Shown here: positions 7,209 to 15,675 of the stretch, in pieces | Numbering within the stretch: the first letter of the stretch is position 1 | Layout of the letters: every line of letters starts with the position of its first letter | Assembly (NCBI GenBank): GCA_043825735.1 | Contig: JBDRRP010000159.1 | Coordinates: forward strand, 51,167-71,166 | Direction of reading: 5' to 3' | DNA length: 20,000 nucleotides | Source: Pseudomonadota bacterium | GTDB taxonomy: Bacteria; Desulfobacterota; Desulfobacteria; Desulfobacterales; JBDRRP01 | Notes under the pieces: model-generated | What the model saw: only the letters and a program-made list of their open reading frames with translations | Database searches by the model: none | Told to the model about the DNA's origin: nothing | Program-made: the position numbers and the translations under genes

Positions 7209-8567
7209 ATGATCCCGCTTCTCGTCATCGGCGGCAGCGACGCCGGCATCAGCGCGGCGCTGCGTATCAAAGAGATCGACCCGAAGGCCGCGGTCACCGT
7301 GATGGTGGCCGACGCATACCCCAACTTTAGCATCTGCGGGCTGCCGTTTTACCTGAGCGGCGAAGTGGCTGATTGGCGTACTTTGGCCCACCGTACCGCT
7401 GAAGAGATCACACGGCACGGCATCGATTTGTTGCTCGACCACAGGGCGCTGGCCATCGATCCGAAGACCAAGCAGGTGCAGGTCCGTTCATCGGATGGAA
7501 ACAATCGCCGGATCGGTTACGACAAGCTGCTGATCGCTACCGGTGCGGAATCGGCCAGACCGCCCATCGAAGGCCTGGAAAGTCCCGGTGTCTTTTTCCT
7601 GCGCTGGATGGATGACAGCTTCGCGGTCAAACGGTTTATGGAGAAGGAGCGCCCCAAGCGGGCCGTGGTCATCGGCGGCGGCTATATCGGCCTGGAAATG
7701 GCCGACGCCCTGACCCACAAGGGGATGGCGGTCACCCTGCTGGAATTCGCTCCCGAGGTATTGACGACACTGGACCCGGAACTTGGCGCATTGATCAGGG
7801 CCGAGCTTCAATCCAAGGGGGTGCGGGTGATCACCGGGCAGGCGGTTCAGCGGATCTCGCGAAATGAAAATGAACTGTCGGTGCAAACGGCTGCCGGTGA
7901 CACCGTGGCGGCGGACATAGTGCTGGTGGCGGCCGGCGCCCGCCCTTCGACCGATCTGGCCCAATCCGCCGGCATCGGCCTCGGGGTCGGAAATGCCATC
8001 CAAGTGGACAGGCGCATGGCCACGGAAGTGACGGATATATGGGCGGCCGGTGATTGCGTCAAGACCTGGCACCGCATGCTCGAACGCCATGTTTACATGC
8101 CGCTGGGCACCACGGCCCACAAGCAGGGCCGTGTGGCCGGGGAAAACATGCTGGGGGGATCCTGTGAATTTCAGGGCAGTATGGGAACCCAGGTCGTCAA
8201 GGTCTTCGACCAGGTGGCCGCAAGAACCGGCCTACGGGAGATCGAAGCGGCCGAAGCCGGTTTTGATCCGTTGACCGTGTCCCTGACCTCCTGGGACCAT
8301 AAAGTGTATTATCCAGGTGCCAAGGAATTGCACATCCGTCTGACCGGGGATCAAACCACCGGCCGGTTGCTCGGCGCCCAAATGGTTGGCCATCGGGAAT
8401 CGGAGGTCTCCAAGCGGGTCGACATCGTTGCCACCGCACTGTATCACGCCATGCAGGTGTCGGGGCTGTGCGATCTGGACCTATCCTATACCCCGCCGCT
8501 GTCCAGTCCGTGGGATCCGTTGCAAATGGCGGCGATGCATTGGTGCCGACAGGCAAAGATGCCTTGA
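7209..8567 (+). CDS. FAD-dependent pyridine nucleotide-disulfide oxidoreductase (CoA-disulfide reductase/NADH oxidase family)
   Basis: AGGAG RBS. IGGSDAG FAD motif, single redox Cys in FSICGLP, plus IATGA, GGGYIGLE, WAAGDC and LDLSYTPP. Confidence 0.9.
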   Translation: MIPLLVIGGSDAGISAALRIKEIDPKAAVTVMVADAYPNFSICGLPFYLSGEVADWRTLAHRTAEEITRHGIDLLLDHRALAIDPKTKQVQVRSSDGNNRRIGYDKLLIATGAESARPPIEGLESPGVFFLRWMDDSFAVKRFMEKERPKRAVVIGGGYIGLEMADALTHKGMAVTLLEFAPEVLTTLDPELGALIRAELQSKGVRVITGQAVQRISRNENELSVQTAAGDTVAADIVLVAAGARPSTDLAQSAGIGLGVGNAIQVDRRMATEVTDIWAAGDCVKTWHRMLERHVYMPLGTTAHKQGRVAGENMLGGSCEFQGSMGTQVVKVFDQVAARTGLREIEAAEAGFDPLTVSLTSWDHKVYYPGAKELHIRLTGDQTTGRLLGAQMVGHRESEVSKRVDIVATALYHAMQVSGLCDLDLSYTPPLSSPWDPLQMAAMHWCRQAKMP

Positions 8568-8595
8568 TGTCGGGTGGCGGGGCTGTCGACACCAT

Positions 8596-8639
8596 TTGTC
8601 ATATCGGGAATGGCACTTGTATCTGGCCCGATGCGACAA
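8596..8639 (+). terminator. Stem-loop after the oxidoreductase gene (possible terminator or stabiliser)
   Basis: TTGTCATATCGGG (8596-8608) pairs with CCCGATGCGACAA (8627-8639), with one mismatch and one G-U pair. No U-tract follows. Confidence 0.3.
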
Positions 8640-8713
8640 CATCTAGAATTCTCAGCGTTTACTGGAACCCTGGTGGCAGTATTCCGGTCGAATCCATTGG
8701 CCTGGGATACAGA

Positions 8714-8769
8714 TTGACAACGGCGATGATATGGCCTAAACATCTATTTCGTTATTTGGCGAATTATAG
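8714..8769 (+). promoter_or_regulatory. Putative sigma70 promoter and ArsR operator
   Basis: Perfect TTGACA at 8714-8719 and a weak -10 (TAAACAT) from 8737. Imperfect palindrome TATTTCGTTATTTGGCGAATTA at 8745-8766, just upstream of arsR. Confidence 0.55.
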
Positions 8770-8780
8770 GCTTGGATACC

Positions 8781-9176
8781 ATGCGTGAGCTTATCAGAAC
8801 CACCAAAGCCCTGGCCGATGAAAACCGGATTCGGATTTTAGGCGCCTTGATAGACCGGGAGTTGTGCGTGTGCCAACTCATCGAACTGCTGGGGTTTGCG
8901 CCGTCGACGGTTTCAAAGCATTTGTCGATTCTCCGGAATGCGCGCTTGATCGAAAGCCGAAAGCAAGGCCGATGGATGTATTATCGCCTGGCCCGTGCCG
9001 ATGCGACCGTGCAGACCGATGCGGCTATAGGCTGGGTGCTGCAATCGTTCAAAGGATGCCGGCAGTACTTGGAAGACAGCCGGCGACTGGCGGAGATTCT
9101 CCAAATCGACCCGGAAGTGCTTTGCAGCCGGCAGGCCGGCTCGGGTGTCTGTGACAGGAGAAACTCTGGCAAATAG
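8781..9176 (+). CDS. arsR: ArsR/SmtB-family metalloregulator
   Basis: KALADENRIRIL, ELCVC metal-binding box, SxVSKHLxIL helix and GRWMYYRL wing. First gene of the ars operon. Confidence 0.92.
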   Translation: MRELIRTTKALADENRIRILGALIDRELCVCQLIELLGFAPSTVSKHLSILRNARLIESRKQGRWMYYRLARADATVQTDAAIGWVLQSFKGCRQYLEDSRRLAEILQIDPEVLCSRQAGSGVCDRRNSGK

Positions 9177-9182
9177 ATCAGG

Positions 9183-9638
9183 ATGACGATGAAGACACGA
9201 CTCAAAATACTGTTTTTGTGCACCGGCAATTCCTGCCGCAGCCAGATGGCCGAAGGCTGGGCCCGCCACCTGAAAAGCGATACCCTCGAGGTGGCTTCCG
9301 CCGGGGTGGAGACCCATGGCCTGAATCCGCTGGCAGTCAAGGTCATGGCCGAGGCCGGCGTCGACATTTCCGGGCACCGGTCCAAGCTGGTGGATGCCTT
9401 TGTCGATCGCGACTGGGATGCGGTGGTTACCGTCTGCGGCAGCGCCCATGAGCGCTGCCCGCTGTTTCGCGGCAGGGCGCGCATCATCCACAAGGGGTTC
9501 GACGATCCCCCGGCCCTGGCGCGTGATGCAAAGACCGAAGAAGAAGCCCTGGTCTACTACCGGCGGGTGCGCGACGAGATCCGCCGGTTTGTGGCCGGGC
9601 TGCCCGAATCGTTAACGGCTGTCATGGAAAAGGAGTGA
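9183..9638 (+). CDS. arsC: Thioredoxin-dependent arsenate reductase (LMW-PTP fold)
   Basis: [18 protein letters not shown]-loop, resolving Cys pair [10 protein letters not shown], and DDP motif. Confidence 0.93.
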   Translation: MTMKTRLKILFLCTGNSCRSQMAEGWARHLKSDTLEVASAGVETHGLNPLAVKVMAEAGVDISGHRSKLVDAFVDRDWDAVVTVCGSAHERCPLFRGRARIIHKGFDDPPALARDAKTEEEALVYYRRVRDEIRRFVAGLPESLTAVMEKE

Positions 9639-9646
9639 ATCGGGGC

Positions 9647-10831
9647 ATGGTGAATTCTACTGCTGACGAACGGAAAATGACCAGCGTGTTCGAGCGCTAC
9701 CTTTCGATGTGGGTGGTACTCTGCATCGTGGCCGGGATTCTGTTGGGAAAAGTGGCGCCGGACGTGGCCAAGACCCTGGACGCCATGGCCATCACGGTGA
9801 ACGGGGCGCCGGTGGTGAGCATCCCCATCGCCGTGTGCCTGTTTTTCATGATGTACCCCATCATGGTGAAGATCGACTTTGCCGAGGTGATCAAAGCCGG
9901 CAAGAGCGGCAAACCTGTATTGCTGACCCTGTTTGTCAACTGGGCGGTAAAACCCTTTACCATGTACGCCATCGCCGTGTTTTTTCTGGGCACGCTGTTT
10001 TACGGGTTCATCGGCCCGGAGGCCGTGGACCACGTGAAAATGCCCTTCGGACTGGATCTGGCCGTGGGGGCGACGCACGGCGCCGGCACGGTGGTGCTGT
10101 TGGACGGGGTGAAAGTGCTCCAGGTGCCCCTGTGGCGCAGCTATCTGGCCGGCTGCATCCTTCTGGGGATCGCCCCGTGCACGGCCATGGTGCTGGTCTG
10201 GGGATACCTGGCCCGGGGCAACGACGGGCTCACCCTGGTCATGGTGGCGATCAACAGCCTCACCATGCTGGTGCTCTATGGGGTGCTGGGCGGGTTTCTG
10301 CTGGGCGTGGGACGGCTGCCGGTTCCCTGGCAGGCCCTGCTTTTGTCGATCGGCATCTATGTGGCGCTGCCCCTGGCCGCCGGCTATTTATCACGGCGCT
10401 GGATCATCGGCGCCAAGGGGGAGACCTGGTTCAAGGAAAAATTCCTGCACGTGCTCACCCCGATCACCATCATCGCGCTGCTGCTCACGCTGGTGCTGCT
10501 GTTTTCCTTCAAGGGTGAGGTCATCGTCGCCAACCCGCTGACCATCGTCTGGATCGCCGTGCCGCTGTTCATCCAGACCGTGCTGATCTTCGCACTGGGA
10601 TACGCGCTGGCCAGAATGCTCAAGCTAAACTACGCGGACGCGGCCCCGGCGGCCATGATCGGCGCCTCCAATCATTTCGAAGTGGCCATCGCCACGTCAA
10701 CGATGCTCTTCGGGCTCTCCTCCGGTGCCGCCCTGGCCACGGTGGTGGGGGTGCTCATCGAGGTGCCGGTGATGCTGATGCTCGTGCGCATCTGCCGCAA
10801 GACCACGCACTGGTTTCCGGAGCCGGCCTGA
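9647..10831 (+). CDS. acr3: Acr3-family arsenite efflux transporter
   Basis: [45 protein letters not shown] and GVLIEVP motifs. Start is ATG 9647 (after AGGAG) or GTG 9635. Confidence 0.95.
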   Translation: MVNSTADERKMTSVFERYLSMWVVLCIVAGILLGKVAPDVAKTLDAMAITVNGAPVVSIPIAVCLFFMMYPIMVKIDFAEVIKAGKSGKPVLLTLFVNWAVKPFTMYAIAVFFLGTLFYGFIGPEAVDHVKMPFGLDLAVGATHGAGTVVLLDGVKVLQVPLWRSYLAGCILLGIAPCTAMVLVWGYLARGNDGLTLVMVAINSLTMLVLYGVLGGFLLGVGRLPVPWQALLLSIGIYVALPLAAGYLSRRWIIGAKGETWFKEKFLHVLTPITIIALLLTLVLLFSFKGEVIVANPLTIVWIAVPLFIQTVLIFALGYALARMLKLNYADAAPAAMIGASNHFEVAIATSTMLFGLSSGAALATVVGVLIEVPVMLMLVRICRKTTHWFPEPA

Positions 10832-10834
10832 TCC

Positions 10835-12187
10835 ATGGATGATCGACGACGACCGGAGAAGACCGCGCCCTTGCCCGGATCGGCCGCAAGTCCGCCCAAT
10901 CCGGAGATGGATCCGCTGCCCGGCACCCTTCATGTGGAGGTGACCACCCGGTGCAACCTGCGCTGCCGTATGTGCGTCAAGCACGCCGACGGCGGCGGTA
11001 TTGCCGAAGGGGACATGGCGCCGGCGGTTTTCGACGCCGTGCTGCCGATCCTGCCGGCGGTCGAGCGGCTGTTGCTCAACGGTATCGGCGAGCCGCTGCT
11101 CCACCCGGATCTCGATGCCTTCATCCGGGCGGCGAGAGCGCGGATGCCGGAAACCGCCAGCATCGGGTTTCAGACCAACGGGATTCTTTTGACGCCCGAG
11201 CGGGCGCGGTCCCTGGTGACGGCCGGCGCCGACCGGTTTTGCTTTTCCGTCGATGCGGTTTCGCCGGCCTTGTACCGGCAGGTGCGGGCCGGGGGAGAGA
11301 TCGAGGGTGTGGCGGCGGCTTTTGCCGCCATCGGCGCCGCCCGAAAGGCCGCGACGCGTCCGATCAGCATCGGCGTGGAAATGGTGTTGCGACGCGATAA
11401 CCTGGAAGCGCTTCCCGATACGGTCCGCTGGGCAGCCGCTCACGGCGCCGATTTTTTTATCGCCACCCACATGATCGCCTATGACGCGGCCATCCAGAGC
11501 CAGGTTGCCTTCGCGCAGGACACCGATGCGGCCGTGGCCTATTTCGAAGACCACCGCAGAAAAGCCGCCGCTGGCGGCATCGACATCAGCGACTATTTTT
11601 CAATCCGGTGGAAGTACTCAAAATCTCCCGAGGAGGCGCGCGTGGTGGATTTTGTCGACCGAATGATCGCCGATGCGGCCGATGCTGGAATCTTCTTCCA
11701 TCTTCGGCGCCTGCTGGGCAGGGATCCGGATCTTTCAGCGCAGGTGAGCCGGGTGTTCGCCGATGCGGAGCGGGTGGCGACCGAAGTCGGTGTGTCACTG
11801 TCGCTGCCGGCGGCCGCCCCCCGGGGAGAAAAACGCTGCGAGTTTATGGAAAATGCCAGCGCTTTTATCTCCTGGACCGGAGATGTCCATCCGTGTTTTT
11901 TCCTCTGGCACCGATACCGCTGCCACGTGGCCGACTGGCAAAAGCATGTCACCCCCGTGAGCTTCGGCAATCTGTGTGAGCGCCCCTTTATCGATATCTG
12001 GAACGCCCCCGACTACGGCGATTTCCGCAGGGCGGTGCGTCGCTACGAGTACCCGCTGTGCTCCAACTGCTCGCTGGCGCCGTGCGATCTGGTGGATTCA
12101 AAGCAATTCGAAGTGGACTGCTACACCAACACCATCCCCTGCTGCGACTGCCAGTGGTGCCTGGGCGTGTTTCAGTGCCTGAGATAG
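10835..12187 (+). CDS. Radical SAM/SPASM-domain enzyme (putative metalloenzyme maturase type)
   Basis: EVTTRCNLRCRMC, GIGEPLLHP, QTNG and FSVD motifs. SPASM-like C-terminus (C..ISWTGDVHPC...FGNL...IWN...CSNC) with 13 Cys in the last 116 aa. Confidence 0.9.
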   Translation: MDDRRRPEKTAPLPGSAASPPNPEMDPLPGTLHVEVTTRCNLRCRMCVKHADGGGIAEGDMAPAVFDAVLPILPAVERLLLNGIGEPLLHPDLDAFIRAARARMPETASIGFQTNGILLTPERARSLVTAGADRFCFSVDAVSPALYRQVRAGGEIEGVAAAFAAIGAARKAATRPISIGVEMVLRRDNLEALPDTVRWAAAHGADFFIATHMIAYDAAIQSQVAFAQDTDAAVAYFEDHRRKAAAGGIDISDYFSIRWKYSKSPEEARVVDFVDRMIADAADAGIFFHLRRLLGRDPDLSAQVSRVFADAERVATEVGVSLSLPAAAPRGEKRCEFMENASAFISWTGDVHPCFFLWHRYRCHVADWQKHVTPVSFGNLCERPFIDIWNAPDYGDFRRAVRRYEYPLCSNCSLAPCDLVDSKQFEVDCYTNTIPCCDCQWCLGVFQCLR

Positions 12188-12216
12188 CCGGGTCCTGCCG
12201 ATCTCCAAGATCCTTC

Positions 12217-12290
12217 CGGGGTCGGGATCGAAATCGGGATCGAAATCGATGTTTTCTGCGGTCGATACCGATCCCGATAGCGAATTCGAT
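12217..12290. repeat. Inverted repeat built from 6-nt tandem units
   Basis: CGGGGT CGGGAT CGAAAT CGGGAT CGAAAT (12217-12246) faces ATACCG ATCCCG ATAGCG AATTCG (12265-12288). Confidence 0.8.
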
Positions 12291-12344
12291 GCGCACGAGG
12301 AGGTATTGTGCAAACGGAACGTATTTTTGACAATGGCTATAAAA

Positions 12345-12536
12345 AGGGTCCAATGGTTCAAGTGACGGCATTGGGCGCTATTCAGTACTCTTGCGTCCGG
12401 CAGCCGATCCCAGCAGCATGCTATCGGTGATATCAGAACGCACAATCAATTCAGATGTTCCAAAGCCTTGCCGTCCGTAGACGAATTTCGCTTTTTTTTG
12501 CTGTTTTTCACTCGACCCCTTGGACCCTCGGCCCCT
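12345..12536. repeat. Spaced inverted repeat built from 8-nt units
   Basis: AGGGTCCAATGGTTCAAGTGA (12345-12365) matches the reverse complement of TCACTCGACCCCTTGGACCCT (12508-12528) at 18/21 positions. The right arm runs CTCGACCC CTTGGACC CTCGGCCC. Confidence 0.7.
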
Positions 12537-12575
12537 ATTCATCGACCAATCCTTTGGGAGATGCTCCCCAAAAGC

Positions 12576-13079
12576 CTACCAGCCGAAGATCCTGATGACG
12601 GCGCGCTCCAGCAGCAGGCGCAAGGTGGCGGCGTCGCTGTCGTTGAGCGGGCACTTGGCTTTTCGCTCACCCCGGCTCATGGTCATGAACCAGCCGAAAC
12701 GCTCGCCCTTGCTCACCTGCAGGCAGCTTTTGGGAAGCGTGCCTTCGTCTCCCCCCTCTGCGCGGGCTTTGTTCGGGTCGTGGACGATCTGGCAGGGCTC
12801 ACCCCGAAGCCCGGCGAGTATCTGGTGAATGTCCGGATCGGAGAGTTTCATCGCGACCTTACCAGCCCAGTCGTAAACGGTCTTGCTCCGATTTTCGCCG
12901 GGGCCGGAGGCGTTGGCCATTTCGATCATGAGGTAGCCCTTTTTCAGTATCCTGACTTCCCCTTTCTGGGAGGTAAAGGTCTCCCCGTCAAAATGGGTGG
13001 GCGTGAAGGTGACGTTCACCGATCCGGTGCGATTGTGAATCTTGAACGGCGGCGGTTGCTCCTGGAATGTCTCGCTCAT
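12576..13079 (-). CDS. Whirly-like putative ssDNA-binding protein
   Basis: GGAGG RBS upstream. Motifs GYLMIEMA, YDWAGKVAMKLSDPDI, HDPNK...DEG, GWFMTMS and terminal IFGW occur in the same order as the conserved plant Whirly domain motifs (recalled, not searched). Confidence 0.75.
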   Translation of the reverse strand: MSETFQEQPPPFKIHNRTGSVNVTFTPTHFDGETFTSQKGEVRILKKGYLMIEMANASGPGENRSKTVYDWAGKVAMKLSDPDIHQILAGLRGEPCQIVHDPNKARAEGGDEGTLPKSCLQVSKGERFGWFMTMSRGERKAKCPLNDSDAATLRLLLERAVIRIFGW

Positions 13080-13283
13080 GGGGTATCCTCCATCTTTGGG
13101 TTTACAGCCTGTTGAGGCGGCGATGGCTTTACCCTATCGCAATCTTCATGCCTGGAGACGTAATCGATTCGAGCGGAACAAGCGTCGAAGGGCCAAAAAC
13201 ACTATAACAAACCGATATTATGGGTTTTATGAAATTTAGAGGCAGCTTCGAAGGAAGATCCGCAAGTGGGATTTCAGGGTGTG

Positions 13284-13334
13284 GCACCGACTGCAGTGCC
13301 CTGTTTCCAGGGCATGCTGCACTGAATCGGGTGC
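13284..13334 (-). other. GC-rich stem-loop with GAAA tetraloop downstream of the SBP gene
   Basis: + strand TGCAG TGCCCTG TTTC CAGGGCA TG CTGCA (13292-13321), flanked by GCACCGA/TCGGGTGC. The loop reads GAAA on the - strand. Confidence 0.4.
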
Positions 13335-13355
13335 ACCGGCCGGTGGCGGGTGTTC

Positions 13356-14123
13356 TCAATAAGGTTGTTTGGGCGTCTTGATCTTGACTTCCTTGATGTA
13401 TTTTTTGAGCAGGTTCACGTAGATCCCTTGGGCGTGAAGGGTTTCCAGGCCCCGGTTGAAGTCGGCAAGAACACTCTGGGAATGTGGGTTTGATGCGGCC
13501 ATGACCAGGTGCACCGGGTGCTCGGAAAGCGAGCGGGTGGTCTCGGTGAACTTGTACACCTCGTCGGGGTAGAGCCGGTTGATGATGGCCCAGCCGACGA
13601 AGGAGTTTTCGGGCACCAGGTCCACCATATCGATGTAGAGCTTTTTAAAGGCAAAGGTGGCGTCGCTGGAAAGATCGAGTTCAAGGCCCGCTTTCTTGAA
13701 TTCCGGCAGGGAGTAGCTCCCCCGGATCGCACCGATGCGTTGGCCTTTCAAATCTTCGAGATTTTTGAAACTGATGTCTCCGGAAGCGCGACGCTTGTAG
13801 AAGAACACTTCCTTGGAAACGGCGATGGGCTCTGAGAACCGGAGAACCGTCGCCTTCTCGGGGGCGTCGGCATATCCGATCATTCCGGTCACCAGGCCGC
13901 CTACAACCTTATCCCGGCTGTCTTCCCAGGTTGTGAAAATATACTCGGTCTCATAGCCCACGGCCAGAAAGGCGTAGGTGACCACCTCGCAGGCAAACCC
14001 GTTGCCCTCCATGTTCCGCGACATGTAAGGGTACCAGTCCACGGCGGTGATGATGACTTTTTTGGCTGAGGCCGTGGCCGGCAGGACAAACAATAAAACA
14101 AGCACGAGGGCGAATTTTTTCAA
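13356..14123 (-). CDS. Family-3 (amino-acid type) periplasmic solute-binding protein
   Basis: TTG start after AGGGGA. Signal peptide MKKFALVLVLLFVLPATASA, plus WYPY, LEDLKGQRIGAIRG and FNRGLETL motifs. No permease gene adjacent. Confidence 0.85.
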   Translation of the reverse strand: MKKFALVLVLLFVLPATASAKKVIITAVDWYPYMSRNMEGNGFACEVVTYAFLAVGYETEYIFTTWEDSRDKVVGGLVTGMIGYADAPEKATVLRFSEPIAVSKEVFFYKRRASGDISFKNLEDLKGQRIGAIRGSYSLPEFKKAGLELDLSSDATFAFKKLYIDMVDLVPENSFVGWAIINRLYPDEVYKFTETTRSLSEHPVHLVMAASNPHSQSVLADFNRGLETLHAQGIYVNLLKKYIKEVKIKTPKQPY

Positions 14124-14357
14124 CTGTTTTTCCCCTGTATTCGGGCCGATCCGTCGGATTGGGCTATTGCTGTCTATTTTGCCAATTCAGCGGCACATGC
14201 GGCACGCTCTTTCTGAGGCCAACAGATACCGCTTGATCCACAGATCCAAAATTAGGGTGCTCAGCGGGCAATTGTCAATGGTGTAGGCTAATATGAGTGC
14301 AGGGATTTCAAAATGGTGGAGGCGACATTCGTCAGAGAATCTTCAGGGCTTAATCTT

Positions 14358-14861
14358 TCAACGCACGGGGGCCGCGATGTGGCGGCTGATGGCCTTGATG
14401 GTTCGCGCGTCGATGGGGACCAGCGTGGCAAGCAGGCCGCGGATCCGGGCTTCGTCTTCACCGATGGTGCGGGCGATGGCCTCGGTGTAAATGCGGTCCA
14501 AGGAGTAATACGGCCGGCCGCAGACACTGACAAAACCGTCCACGGCATCGGCGACCATCACCGGGAAGACGATTTTGAACATGCCGGCCAGGCATTCTTC
14601 GGCCACCCCCCGTTTCTTGATTCGCGCAGACTGGTTCATAATGCGCTGAACCTTGCCACAAATCATCTCGAAACCGACGGCGTCACTGCGGATCAGGCGG
14701 CAGATGTCATTGGCCGCGGCGCCGTCATCGGGCGTCCGGCGGCCGCCGTCACCACGGAAGGTGACGGCATTGACCCCGAACCGGCCGGCGAGGGATCTTT
14801 CAAATGATATCCAGTCCACGTCGGAATTTTCGTCTAAAACCATCGCGTTCAGTTTCATCAT
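14358..14861 (-). CDS. Stand-alone PocR-type sensory domain protein
   Basis: ICRLIR...MIC...ECLAGMFKIVFPVMV..DGFVSVCG pattern. Paralog of 14858-15367, overlapping it at ATGA. Confidence 0.75.
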   Translation of the reverse strand: MMKLNAMVLDENSDVDWISFERSLAGRFGVNAVTFRGDGGRRTPDDGAAANDICRLIRSDAVGFEMICGKVQRIMNQSARIKKRGVAEECLAGMFKIVFPVMVADAVDGFVSVCGRPYYSLDRIYTEAIARTIGEDEARIRGLLATLVPIDARTIKAISRHIAAPVR

Positions 14862-15367
14862 GTTTCCTGATAGCTGGTGACAATCTCGCCGAGGCGCTTT
14901 TCGATGTAGCGGGCCACCGTGAGCGCCTCCGACGGCGTCATGGGTTTGAGCCCGCCGCTCAGCGCCGTGATGGCCGATTCATCGAGACCGGTCGTCTTCT
15001 GGATGATGAAGGTGTCGACCTTGCCACCCTCGGGTAGACGGCCGCACCCTCCCGCCGTACCCAGGAACGCGCCGGCGACGACAACCGGGACGGCGATTTT
15101 CAGCATGCCGGCATCGCAGGCGTCGATCACCGGCTTGCCGGTGTTGCGGGCCTCGGCCATGAAAAACTGGTTTCCGGCTGCACAGATGGTCGCCAGGGAA
15201 TTCGGGTTGGACTTGATTTCAGGGCACAGGGCATTGCACCAGTTGGGCTTGCCGGTGATCCCGATTCCGCTGTCGTTGTAGACGGTGCAGTTCAGAAAAA
15301 AATGGTCGAATAGCTCCGCTTCAAATTTCTGCCACGCGTCGGGTGGCAGCAAATCGGTAAGTTTCAT
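14858..15367 (-). CDS. Stand-alone PocR-type sensory domain protein
   Basis: NALCPEIKSNP..ATIC...ACDAGMLKIAVPVVVAGAFLGTAGGCG is the conserved-Cys PocR pattern. GGAGAA RBS. Confidence 0.8.
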   Translation of the reverse strand: MKLTDLLPPDAWQKFEAELFDHFFLNCTVYNDSGIGITGKPNWCNALCPEIKSNPNSLATICAAGNQFFMAEARNTGKPVIDACDAGMLKIAVPVVVAGAFLGTAGGCGRLPEGGKVDTFIIQKTTGLDESAITALSGGLKPMTPSEALTVARYIEKRLGEIVTSYQET

Positions 15368-15382
15368 GCAGATGGTTCTCCT

Positions 15383-15592
15383 TCACTGGCGGATCATCGC
15401 TGTACCGCATTTCGGGCACTTCTTCTCATAACAGGGCACGCCGAGCGTGTGGGGCGCCGTCTCCCCGCAGCTGGGGCAGATACACGTTCCTGCGCCTTTG
15501 CCGCCGCCGCCTCGGCCTCCTCCGGATTGCCTGCCACCCCGTCCGGCGCCTGATCCGCCGCCGGCGCCACTGCGTTTGCTGTTTCCGGTCAT
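15383..15592 (-). CDS. Small Gly/Arg-rich protein with six-Cys metal-binding tail
   Basis: GGAG RBS. Gly/Arg-rich N-terminal half, then CICPSCG...GVPC....CPKCG. Confidence 0.8.
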   Translation of the reverse strand: MTGNSKRSGAGGGSGAGRGGRQSGGGRGGGGKGAGTCICPSCGETAPHTLGVPCYEKKCPKCGTAMIRQ

Positions 15593-15675
15593 TATTCACT
15601 CCGCTTTTGTTCGGGTTAGGGTATCGACCGGACGTGCCGGCGTCACGCTGTTTGCCTCCGGGGTTGCTCCCTTTG

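Noticed and set aside
1013..10831. Other TGA stops as selenocysteine codons
   Set aside because: Apart from 3692-3694, they fall at natural domain ends rather than at conserved Cys positions, and most are followed closely by the next gene.
4889..12536. Repeats interpreted as CRISPR arrays
   Set aside because: The units are 6-8 nt, tandem and inverted, with no unique spacers and no cas genes.
12468..13115. 215-aa + strand ORF
   Set aside because: Antisense to the Whirly-like gene, which has the RBS and recognisable motifs.
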